DNA of 64,000 bases. Source: Lama guanicoe (Eukaryota). The translations under genes were made by a program, and so were the position numbers. The stretch lies in NCBI GenBank assembly GCA_013239625.1, contig MU053652.1:4703902-4767901 (forward strand), in the 5' to 3' direction. A model generated the notes under the pieces. It did not search any database, was not told the DNA's origin, and saw only the letters and a program-made list of their open reading frames with translations. Of the stretch, positions 53,240 through 64,000 are shown one piece after another (position 1 is the stretch's first letter; every line of letters starts with the position of its first letter).

Positions 53240-53373
53240 GTTTTTAAAAAATTAATTAATTCTTTATTTTTAAGAATTTCATTTAATTTTTTTTAAATGG
53301 AGAGACTGGGGATTGAACCCAGGACCTCATGCATGCTAAGTACATGCTCTACCACTGAGCTATACCCACTCCC
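53240..53373 (-). mobile_element. Vic-1-like SINE in LEP intron 1
   Basis: SINE body plus AT tail; CAAAGGTAT duplicated at 53230 and 53374. Confidence 0.9.
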
Positions 53374-54529
53374 CAAAGGTATTTTTTTTTAATGTGAATT
53401 TTATAGCAGGGGGAAAATGATGCTCAAGAAGATGCATTAACTTGTCCAAAGTCAAATAGGTAAGCGGCAAAGCCAGGAGTCGCGGCCAGAGCTGCCTTAC
53501 CCAGAAAGGTTGGGCGCTTTCTCCCCTACCCCACCAGTTTTTCCAGCCTTTAAGGGAAAGCCCAGATTACAAGCCATCCAATGCCCAACCAAGGGCAGCT
53601 CCTGGGACTCTGGCACTCAGGAACAAACACCCTGCTCTAGGATGAAGCTACAAGACTGTACCCCTGCGTCAACTTCACGTATGAAAAATACTAAGTAACT
53701 CGGGAGGGGGCACTTCACATAGTTTTGTGCTTATTTTCTCTCCTGAAAAGTTAATACTTTTAATAGGAAATATGTCCACCAAATGTTTGGGGAGTGGAGT
53801 TTAACAGTGCTAATCCCCCAGTGTTTCTGTGAAACCCCAGCAGAAGTGGGAGCACAGTGGTCGGGCCCCAAAGCTTCATAAGAAGGTCCTGTCCTTATTA
53901 GCTGTGTGTCTCTGGGCACGATATTTAATTCCCTAAAGCATCGGTTTCCATCAGTAAAATGGAACAAATAACACTGCATGGCCCAAAGGGTAACTGAGAT
54001 GAACCTCTGAACCCCCTGCCCATCTGTGTGTGGCTGTGTGTGTGTGTGTGTGTGTAAGGCGGGGTGGGGGCAGGGGGTGTAAATGTCAGATCCTTTGGAA
54101 TTGTGTCATTATTTGGCAGGTCTTGAAATGCTCGGGTAACACTACCTGTAGCCAACCCTGAATCTGGCACTTGGCCCATTGCCTCCCCTGGGCTATCTCA
54201 GCAGCGTGTCTGGTATTTCTGGGTCCTCCTCCAGCGGCACAAGATTGAATGGTAACCTTTCCCAGGATTCGTGTGTTAATGACACCCTCCTTCTGAAGAG
54301 AATTTACTACCAGATTAACTCTGGTCATAGTCGCTCTCACATAATGGCCACCCTGTATGTAATACCTGAGTGGAAAAGCAGTTTTACTAGCCCTCTTTAT
54401 CACCACTGATAATATGCTTCAGTGGATGCTGAAATAAATCGCAGTTCCTTGGAAGGTGGAATTGAAGAGCTGCTGCTGAGTATGTCTAAGAGGAGAGGCC
54501 AGGTTTAGGGGGGCTCCCTGCGGGGCTGC

Positions 54530-54985
54530 AGACAGAACTTGTAGTGCCACCCAGAATAACGACTGTATTTCCCAGCTTCTCGCAACTAGGTACGGCCGTG
54601 CAACAAAATTCTGACCAACTGAATAGAAGCAGACATGCCACGTGGCAGTTCTCGTGCTGTGTGCCTTTGCCCCTTCCTTTCCATCCCTTCCTCCATCCCG
54701 ATGCCTGAATTGTGGATGTGGTAGCCGGCGTACTAGTGCCTCTTGGATCATGAGGATGAAAACCTCACTGTATGAATAGAGTAGAGAGCTGAGAGCTGAG
54801 AGCGGAGTAGAGAGCTGGAGGAGGCCAGGTCCCTTAGGACTTCCTGGAGCCGAGATGCCAGACTGGCGTGGACTGCCTATCTCTGAACTTGTGCTAAGGC
54901 AGTGAGAGACATAATCTGTGTCTTGGTTAAGCCACTGTTATTTTGGGTCTTTGCTAAATGCAGCCAAAATTAATGCTAATTCATT
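54530..54985. mobile_element. Old MLT1 (MaLR) LTR in LEP intron 1
   Basis: ATTTCCCAGCTTCTCGCAACTAGG and GTTAAGCCACTGTTATTTTGGGTC motifs. Confidence 0.7.
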
Positions 54986-56366
54986 TCACACTTGGACACA
55001 AGCATCAGACATCAGGCTTGATCAAACATCAAGTCTTTCTTGGTTTACCCCAGTGTCAGTATCTGGGTGGGATCTGGTTGTGGCCTGAGATTTTGGGGTG
55101 GAGGGGAATGGCTGGTAAGAGCAGGGTTTAGGGTCTGGGGAGGGGAGGGGTAATCTGAGGCAGGAACTACAACTTCACTGAGCGCAGCACCTGACGCATA
55201 ATAGTTACTCAGTATCTATTTGATGGGTGACAACTAACATGTATTGATTGCCCACTGTGGGCCAGGGACAGAGATGAAGGAGACCTGCAATTACAGGACA
55301 GTGGGAATCAGGAGTGAGGATGGATGGGGCTGAAGGCTGGTGGTTCTCCCAGGAAGCCCCGGGAGTAAGCCGCAGCATCTGACATCGTCAACTACCTACA
55401 TATACTATTTGTTAAAAATAAAAGTAAAGAACAAAACTGTGCTCTTAAATAACTGATTGAAGAATTTATCTAACTGAGTGCAATGCAAGGAAGAACATTT
55501 AAAGAGAGAGGAAGGCTTGGGTAACTCAGGAGGGAGTCGTGTGTAAAATTAGGAGCTCTAAAGTTCAGCAGAACTGTGTGTGGGTTGTAGCGCTCTGAGT
55601 CACAGAGACCTTTGCGGTGGAGGCCTCTGGCTCTGAGCCTTCCACACCCCTCTTCGTCTCCTGGTTGAAAGTACCAGAGGTTCACAAGGGGCCCGGGACA
55701 CTCTCCTCTCTTTCTTCTCTTTCCCAGCCATCAGGTTTTTATATTCCTCTCTCAGTCATCTTTGATATGCTAGTGTGAATTAAATTCGGGTAATGCGGTA
55801 TTTGCCGTTAATTTTGAGGAAAGAGCTTTGGATAGTCTAAGCCCTCGCTCTCCCTGTAGAAATTCTTCCTGCAGGCTCCCTCCCATTCTTCCCTCTCAGC
55901 CTTCCTTCCTTCCTTCCTCCCTGACTCCAAGTTGGAAGGGATTTGGGGATGAGGAAAGGACACAAGATGAACAGAGACAGAGAAGGCTGGATTGGATCCT
56001 GGTCCTTCAAGTTACTCAGAATCCAGTGGAACAGATACAAGCTTAAACAACTCATTTTAACACAACCTGGTGAAAGTTATAAGGAAAGAAACATTGAACC
56101 AGAGGGGCATAGGGAAAGGGGGTGACTCTGGTGGAGGGGTGAGGACAGCTTAGCACAGAAATCTGAAGGACAAGAGTTCCCCAGGTGGAAGACAGCAAGC
56201 AGGGTATTCCAGGCCAAGGGGACAATGTGGAGTTGGGGAAAACCATGATGGGTGTAAGAGAATTCAATGTGGTAGAAGGGTAGTATGTGAAGCTGGAGAG
56301 CTAGAATGTCCTGGGCTTGATTCCATGTGTGGTAGGGACCTTGTGGGTGATCTGCCCTAGCTCAGG

Positions 56367-56368
56367 AC

Positions 56369-56403
<35 letters not shown>

Positions 56404-56410
56404 CACACAC
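56367..56410. repeat. Interrupted (CA)n microsatellite in LEP intron 1; another (TG)n at ~54025-54055
   Basis: Read directly. Confidence 0.95.
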
Positions 56411-56777
56411 CCTGGAGGCTATGTGTTTGCATGAGCAGTAGTGGGCAAAAGAACCAGAATACTCTTTTCTCCTTTTCCTTGTCCCCTTTTCCTCCAACTT
56501 CTGATTGGGTTAATTAGTGTCTCTCCCAGGAATTTAAAATAGGGCTTCAAAGAGTTCAGTTTGTCTCTGTTGAGGACTTAGAAGTGCAAAGGTAGCCACG
56601 GTTGGCATCATGTACATGGAGTAGCTAAGAGAGATCAGGGTCTATCCAGTCACTGAGAGGTGGGTTATGGTCAATGGTCAGGCAATGACCTTCCTTCTGG
56701 CTCCTGACCTTGTTGGCTCTGGGCTATCCTTGTCCTTAGCCTCCAGTGTGAGATATGCTTCCAAATATACTACTCAC

Positions 56778-56934
56778 AGGGGGAGGGTATAGCTCAGTGG
56801 TAGAAGGTAGGCCTAGCATGTACAATGCCCTGGGTTTTCAATCCCCAGCACCTCTATTAAAACAAACAAACAAACAAACAAACCTAATTCCCCTCCAAAA
56901 GAAAAAAAGAAGAAAAAAACAAGCAAACAAAGAA
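56778..56934 (+). mobile_element. Vic-1-like SINE in LEP intron 1
   Basis: Perfect 16-bp TSD CAAATATACTACTCAC at 56762-56777 and 56935-56950. Confidence 0.93.
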
Positions 56935-59900
56935 CAAATATACTACTCACTTAAGTAGCTTTCAACTTTCTGAATACATTTTTTTTTCATCCAGGAGACA
57001 TACAGATACACACATGTAAGGGACAGAAGTGTCAAGAAATGAAATTCACCCTTATTATGCGTGATGCACCCTTGAGAGTCTCCATTCTGCTTTTTAAAAG
57101 TTGGTTGCAACATAGCTGAAAAACACTGAACTAGCATGAGTGGTTTTCTTTTATTTACAGTCGAGAGCCTTGTTTGAGCAATCATGTTAACATATTTAAC
57201 TGGTGGCAAGAATGTGGACTTTGGGGGTTATAGTCTTCCTGCTCGTTGGAAACTACCCTCAGATCTGATCTTACCAGGGATAACAAATAGGTTTCAATTT
57301 CTGTATCAACTGATCAGTGTTTAGAGGCTCCCTGGAGCACTGAGTGGAGGGGAACCTGAAGCTCCATCCAGCCTCAGAGAAACAAGGTGCTGTGATCAAT
57401 TCGTGATGTCTGCTGGGAGCAGGAGTGGTGGATATGCCAATTGTTCCAGCATCTCCCAAGGGCCTGGCACTGAGCAGGTGCTCATTAAATATAGATGAAT
57501 GAACAAATAAAATATTTCCCATCCCTGGTCTTCGTTGTTTATCCAGGCATTCATTACCTAACTCTACAATGGTTCACTTGCCCCCATTTTAAAGTCACAT
57601 CCTAGGGTTCACTTTTGCCTAGCAGGAATTCCTAAGAAACTTTCTTAATGAAGACAGGAAATGTGTCTTCTTTTCCTGGGATGTTGGTTGGCTTCCTGTA
57701 CCTGATAGGTGTCCCCTAGTACCACGTGGGCCCTGATTCCCTTCAGCTTCCTGAATTCTGCTCCATCTTGACTCTTGTCCCAGGTGCTCCCTGTCTTGGT
57801 CCCATTCATCAGGCTGGCTCCTGCTGCTGTGCTCTGGGCCTCCAGCCCTTCTGAGACCTCTCCTCTGCCCCTTCTGTCTTCCCTGTGGCTTCCTCCCTCT
57901 TCCTTTGCACCCCCAGCCTGGGGGACCCCAGAGTACAAACTCAAAGTGTGCACAGATTCAGTTCCAGAGAGCTGACAAACTGAGCAGGAAAGACTGTAAA
58001 ATGCAGTTTGCTGAGAAGAAGGCACATTTGTTTTCACACATGGAGTAAGTGCGAAGGATTCTGGGGGCCCAGGCATCAGGTGTGCTGTTTTTAAGCAGAA
58101 ACAACCTCTCTTTCTACTTATCTGAGACAATTGTGTGGACAGAAAAGTATTTCAAAGCTCTTGGCTGGCAGGCCACACGGGAGCTGCCGCCACTAGACTC
58201 CTACTGCTGTTGGGGACAGGATCTCCTGACTGACTGATTGCAGGAGAATTTGGCTTGGTTTTCCTTTAACTTACATGCATGCTATTTGAGGATGCACATA
58301 CCCACAAAGACTCCACCTCCCTGGAGCCCTTCTCTCCCCTGATCCCCACTGACCACCATGTTCCCCTAGGTGGCAGCTAGGCTAGAGCACGGACAATGAC
58401 CAGGTTCCGTGAAGAGAGCTCTCCCAAGCGGCCACCTTGCACCCTGCATGGGCCACTCAGACACGAGCGGCATCCGCCTGAGGCTGACGGGCAAGAATTC
58501 ACTGCAAGCTCCCTGGCTCTGTCCTTGGCTCTTGGAGCCATTTCCTGGAACAGAGAGGGAGGAAAATATTTCCCCCAAATACCAAGAAGAGTTATTTTGG
58601 GCATAAGATGTACAAAATATGAGAAGGACACTCCTTTGGCCAATATGGAAACGTTCCCCTCAACCCAATGTCCTCAACTTCTGGAAAAGGAAAGAACCAA
58701 ATCACATCCACGGCTTTTCTCTTGCCTTCTCCCTCTGCTTGAAGGAGAGAAATGATCAGCAAGACCCTCCTGTTTATGAGGGTGTTAGAATGAGAGTGAA
58801 TCTGGTTCTGCACACCATCCTGGTGGGAAAGAGACTGGACTCCCTCTCTCCCACTAGTCCCAGTCCCACTGCCCACCTCAGAACTCTACCAGACAAACAT
58901 AAAAGGGTGGACAGAGGTTAGTGCCTACGAAGGGGAGTCATCCTGCTGGTGCTCCTGGGGTGGTGCCTTCAAGCCTTTGCCCTCTGCCCCACCTCCCCTG
59001 CAGATCACCTTCTGGTTGGCTCCAAAGCTGCTATTCTCAAATGACAACCAGGCCACTGTGTCACTCGGCTCGAACAGTATTTAAGGATTCACTTTTCCAA
59101 AGTGCCATATCTTTAAGTTATAGAAACTGGAGTGTAAAGTAACTCAAGCACAATGAAATCTAAATCAAGCCAGGAGAGAAGATGGGCCTGGTTCGTCTCA
59201 CCTGCCAACAGAGTGCACTTGTCCGTTTTTGCTAGACAAGTGGTAACAGTGAGAAACATGGGATTACCAGGTCTTTCCCATAACCCGCTGTTCTGTCGCC
59301 CCAGGGAAACCCCGTTTTATCCATAGCGTAGAAGACAATTTTCACGGCTTTGAGGTCAGATGCTGTGCGACCCGGCGTCATTTCCCTGGGAGAGTTGGGT
59401 TCTTCCTGACAGTTTTTCTTCCCACCTCTACTCCCTCACCCCTGACCTAGGCCTGGGATTTATAGGGCCCCTCTCATTCAAAAGTCACGACCCCTGCTGG
59501 AAAATGATGCCTGATTTCTCATCCGCAGAGGAAGGCTCCTCCTCAGAAACTCAGAGCATATACCCTCAGAACTCATACTTCTCAGAAACTCAACGCACGT
59601 CCCCTGCAGATGGAGGCGGGGTACCCTGATCTTTGGGGGAGTGCTCAAGGCAATTTCCAAAGCATCTCAGTGGCAGGGCTGGCGGCTCTGGGAGTCTCCT
59701 GGGGCCCTGGCTGGCTCTGAAGGCAGATTCCTGCCCCGAGGGCATGGGCACAGCCCAGCCCCAAATCCTACCCTCCCCGGCTCCCAGCCGCCTTCCTTCG
59801 GGTCAGAACTCTGGTGCAAAGCTACCACGATCCAGAAGCAAGCCATCTTCCCTGACCCTTCGCCTGCCTCAGTTTCCCCGGGGTCCAGGGTAGGGTAGGG

Positions 59901-59955
59901 TGGCTTGCCAAGAAAGACAGGCGAAGAAGGAGAAAGGAGAGCGCCCGGGACTTAC

Positions 59956-59992
59956 CTCGCAGTTGCTGGAGCCGCGATTCCTCGATTCCTCC
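59956..59992 (-). other. LEP: Leptin non-coding exon 1 (TSS inferred ~59992)
   Basis: GGAGGAATCGAGGAATCGCGGCTCCAGCAACTGCGAG|gtaagt, ~30 nt downstream of TATAAG; resembles human and bovine LEP exon 1. Intron 1 = 51949-59955. Confidence 0.88.
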
Positions 59993-60016
59993 GGGGCTCC
60001 ATGCCTGCCCGCCCCT

Positions 60017-60095
60017 CTTATAGCCGCCGGAGCGCAACTTGCGCAACTGCCAGGCAGGCCCTGGCGCACCCGGAGCGCCAGCTCCCGCCCCGCCC
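60017..60095 (-). promoter_or_regulatory. LEP: LEP proximal promoter: TATA (60017-60022), C/EBP site TTGCGCAA (60039-60046), LP1-like GGCGCT (60074-60079), Sp1 GC boxes (60085-60095)
   Basis: Motifs read directly, with the order and spacing known for mammalian leptin promoters. Confidence 0.92.
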
Positions 60096-60953
60096 GGTTC
60101 GGCGGGGCAGCGTCGGGCCGGGCGGCCACGGGGGCCGAGGCCTCGAGGGAGGGACTCCGCTGCGCCAGGAGCCTCGCGCGCGCCCTCGGGTACCGCCTGA
60201 AGTGTTGGGGTCGGCCGGCAGGCGCGAGAAATCCTCGAGGTGGCGCCAGAATCGGCCTTTTGGGCCTCGGGGAACGGCCGCAGGGGACAGGGTGATAGTG
60301 CCGGGTTCCTCCGAGCTGGAGCTGGCCGGTGTGGGCTCGGACCGCGCCCTTGCTGGCGAGTGATGCTCTGGGCGGCGGGACCCGACGGGCCCTGCGCACC
60401 AAGGAAGCCCGGGGTTGGCGGGAGCGACCCTCCCGTGCCCCGGCGTCCCATCGGAATGGCGGGGCTGCTCTCACCCCACCCCTGCTCTGGCTTGCCAAGA
60501 AGCCAGTTCCAAGACCCAGGGCGGGTCGCTCGGGTTGGCACCCCTGAGAGACAAGCGTACCCTAGTTACGGGGAGTCTGCTTCAAGGCTACACCAAGTGT
60601 GCCGGCTCCGGAGGGATTTGGGCAGAACTGGACTCTGCGACCTTTTGGGATGAGACTGGATGCACCCAGGGTCCATCCTCAACCCAGTATTTCCTGTTAC
60701 AAAGAGGAGTGTCCCAGACGATATTTTCCTCACCACAGCCTGTGAGTAGGGTGATAGTATCCTCGGGCTTCAGGAACGAGGGAAGTGAGGTCCCGAGAGG
60801 CTAAATCTTCCCTCAGAACCCCCAGCTGGTCAGGTGTAGAGATGGACCAGGAACCCAGGTGTCGACAGCTAGATCAGGCCGGTTCTGCTCCCCACAGCAA
60901 AGAGCAGCTCCAGAAACAAACCATTCAGTGAATAACTAGCCCCTCCTGTTAGG

Positions 60954-61263
60954 TAGGGGTTGGCAAACTATGAGGGCGGGCCAAACCCTGAAACCAGCCT
61001 AGCATGGCCCAAGAGCTAAGAATGGTTTCTGCAATTTTAAATATTTGGAAAAAAATCAAAAGAATAATAGTTCTGACTTGTGAAAATTACATGAAATTTA
61101 CATTTCAGGGTCCATAAATAAAATTTTGAATTCTGTCCCCTCCTCCAAAATTGGAAAATTCTCTCCCTTATGCCTACATGATGTCCCTGATGTTGCCTCT
61201 TGGCCTGCAAAGCCTAAGATGATTACTGTCTGGTCCTTTAGATAGAAAGTTTGCCAACCCCTG
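60954..61263. mobile_element. MER58-like hAT-Charlie MITE ~1 kb upstream of the LEP TSS
   Basis: TIRs AGGGGTTGGCAAACT / AGTTTGCCAACCCCTG; internal GAGCTAAGAATGGTTT. Confidence 0.85.
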
Positions 61264-61493
61264 GCTTATCTGGGTCCTTATTCTCACCAGGCCTGGGTGG
61301 GCACATGGGACTATTCATTCCTTTTCCAGGCGGAATCTCCCCATTTCACTGAGGTCTGTCTCTCCCCCGTTGAAGAAGTTTGTCTCCATCACCCTTCCAG
61401 CCAACTCCCCTCCCTCCTGCTGGCTTGAGTGACACATACCATGCACACTCCTAGGTTGTAAGTGGAGGGCAGGGGCATAGCAGGCTATCCATT

Positions 61494-62266
61494 TTTTTTT
61501 CAATTGAAGTATAGTTAATTTACAGTTTTGTGTTTGTTTCTGGTGAATAGCATAATAATTGCTATACATATATATATATTCTTTTTCATTATAGGTTATT
61601 ACAAGCTATTGAATATAGGTCCCTGTGCTATACAGTAGGACCTTGTTGTTTATCTGTTTTATATATAGTAATTTGTATCTGCTAATCCCAAGCTCCTAAT
61701 TTATCCCTTCCCTCCTTCTTCTTTGGTAACTGTAAGTTTGTTTTCAATGCTGTGAGTCTGTTTCTGTTTTGTAAGTAAGTTCATTTGTGTCAGTTTTTTA
61801 GATTCCATATATAAGTGATGTATGATATTTGTCTTTGACTTACTTCACTTAGTATAATAATCTCTAGGTCTATCCACAGTTGCTGCAAATGGCATTATTT
61901 CATTCTTTTTTATGACTGAGTAGTACTCCATTGTATATAGATACCACAACTTCTTTATCCAATCATCTGTCGATGGACATTTAGGTTGCTTGCGTGTCTT
62001 GACTATAGTAAATAGTGAGTGCTTCTGTGAGCACTGGGGTGTGTGTATCTTTTCAAATTAGAGTTTTCATCTTTTCTGGATATATGCCCAAGAGTGGGAT
62101 TGCTGGATCATAGATCATAGGGTAAGTCTATTTTTAATTTTTTAAGGACTCTTCATATGGTTTTCCATAGTGGCTGCACCAAATTATATTCCCACCAACA
62201 GTGTAGGAAGGTTCCCTTTTCTCCACACCCTCTCCAGCATTTACTGTTTGTGGACTTTTTAATGAT
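61494..62266 (-). mobile_element. 5'-truncated LINE-1, 1.5-2.3 kb upstream of LEP
   Basis: Same family as the L1s at 5.7 and 24.1 kb; TSD GCAGGCTATCCATT (61480) / GCAGGCCATCCACT (62267). Confidence 0.92.
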
Positions 62267-62662
62267 GCAGGCCATCCACTAGTACCTTCACATGCCCTGG
62301 CACACGTGGGTGCCCAGGAAAAGTTTGCTGAACTGAATCCCAGGGACACCATGCACCACATAGCTGACTTTTGACATGTGATATTAGTGCACCACAGTTA
62401 GGGGATTGCTTTGGACTTAAGGCCACTGGGAGGGTAGATTTTTTTAAACTTGGGAAAACACACCTGCAGTGATGATGGTGTGGAGAGGATAAAAAAAAGC
62501 AGGCTCATAGTCATATTGCATTGGAAACTTCCTAACAGGAAGATGCTCCTCAAAGTCTGTGTGCTCTGCCAGGATGGCAAGGGTCTGCTTTGTTTACCAT
62601 ATTCCCAGTTGATAGTCCAGTGCCTTGCACAAAGTATTTCATTTTTAAGATATATTTTTAGT

Positions 62663-62797
62663 GGGGGAGAGTATAGCTCAGCAGTAGAGTGTGTGCTTAG
62701 CATGCTCAAGGTCCTAGGTTCAATCCCCAGTACCTTCATTAAAAAAAAATAATAAAAATAATAAATAGGAGCTATAAAAATTAGGTAAAAAATGAAG
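62663..62797 (+). mobile_element. Vic-1-like SINE
   Basis: GGGGAGAGTATAGCTCAG...GGTTCAATCCCCAGTACC plus A-rich tail; TTTAAGATATATT on both sides. Confidence 0.88.
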
Positions 62798-64000
62798 TTT
62801 AAGATATATTATTAAATGAAAATTGCAAACTTAAGTTTAACAGATATTTTTTCATTTTTTCTTCATTAATGTTTTGGCTAAAATATTTTAAAACAAATTA
62901 TAAACATCATGAAGTTTCATCCTTAAATACTTCAATATATCTCTCTAAAAAATAAGGAAGCATTTCCAGCTAATAACAAGACCATTATCACACAACAGTA
63001 ATTCTTTAACATCATGAGCTAGTCTGCATTTGAATTTCCCCAAATATCTAAAAAATATCTTTTATAATTGCTTTGTTTGAGCCTGGTGGTTTTACACTTA
63101 ATAACTATTTATTGAAGGAAGATAGAAAGGAAGGAAATTAAGCTATATATTAGTGGAAGTCAGAAACTGTTAGCATTGACCATGATTTATAATTATACTG
63201 CCACTAAAGAGGTGGAAAACCAACCAAATGTTCAATGTAAGAAATTGATTTAAGATGATTTAAAACTGCAGAAAAGCAATATGCACACATTAAAAATTAT
63301 GCCATAACATAATATTTAATGATGTAGGAAAGATAATTATATTTTGTGAGCTGGAAAGAATCAGATTACAAAATATGTGTTTTCTGATCACACACATGCC
63401 AACACACACCCATTTATACCAAAATATACGTTGTAACTACTGGGAGTGGGATCAGAATGACTTTTAATCTCTTTTTGGTACTTTTTTGCTTTAAAAAAAG
63501 TGTCTACAATGAAATTATATTTTTTAAAAAATCTTTTACTTCCCATGGAAATGCTCTTTTGTGTTGTTTTTCATATATATGTTGTAGCACCCACTATAAC
63601 CAAGTTTTTCTTACCCCCAACATCTTTGTCACATGTTTCTAAGTAGAGACTTAACTTAAAGCAGGGTTCCTGGCAGCCTCAGCTTACTTGTCTCAGCATC
63701 ACCTTTTTTAGGGGTCACAGATTAGACTGGGACCAGAGCTGCTGCCTGAACATCAAGCAGCACCTGAGACCACAATGCGAGCTTGTAGACTGCCTGTCTG
63801 TCTGCCTGTCTATCCATCATCTGCCTAGTTTTTGCATTTGGTTGATTAATAAATTATTTTATTTTAACATAAAATAGTATTGTATAATAAAATGTTATTT
63901 TTTTAAAATTTCAAAAAGGACAAAGAGATATGAACACTCAGTCTCTGTCCAGTCCTCCCTTTCCCCCTAGAAGTAACTATGTCTCGTGTGTCCTCCCATG

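Larger units (their letters stand above)
59870..60560. promoter_or_regulatory. LEP: CpG island over LEP promoter and exon 1
   Basis: Visibly GC- and CpG-dense against a CpG-depleted background; boundaries approximate. Confidence 0.9.

Noticed and set aside
59976..59991. GAGGAATC tandem duplication in LEP exon 1
   Set aside because: I recall a similar duplication in bovine exon 1, so it is unlikely to be novel.
59997..60006. ATG in a strong Kozak context (GGCATGG, minus) between the TATA box and exon 1
   Set aside because: Lies upstream of the inferred TSS, so it is not in the main mRNA.
59822..60541. Several 130-240-aa ORFs over the LEP promoter
   Set aside because: Stop-codon scarcity in a GC-rich CpG island; low-complexity Pro/Ala/Arg/Gly peptides.

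Overview
Eukaryotic (mammalian) genomic DNA, almost certainly from a camelid: it carries nine Vic-1-like tRNA-derived SINEs and an artiodactyl-type leptin. Two known genes converge tail-to-tail. The last nine coding exons of RBM28 lie on the + strand (1920-14316). The complete leptin gene LEP lies on the - strand: CpG-island promoter and TATA near 60.0 kb, non-coding exon 1, a 167-aa CDS in exons 2-3, and a poly(A) site near 47.29 kb. The ~32 kb between them is mostly LINE-1/L2/MIR, LTR and DNA-transposon remnants, plus an orphan CpG-rich island with a strong CTCF-like motif at ~33.3-35.0 kb. I see no new protein-coding system; nearly all other ORFs in the track are spurious or repeat-derived. 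The most interesting observations are an apparent L1 3' transduction, unusual substitutions in this leptin (S50L, G133S, L159, P165L), inverted SINEs bracketing LEP exon 2, a locally templated 42-bp insertion, a TSD-flanked AT-rich palindrome, a SINE dimer under one TSD pair, a 16/48-bp periodic array, and candidate 3' regulatory DNA for LEP. Repeat subfamily names and comparisons to human, mouse and cattle are from memory and need database confirmation.
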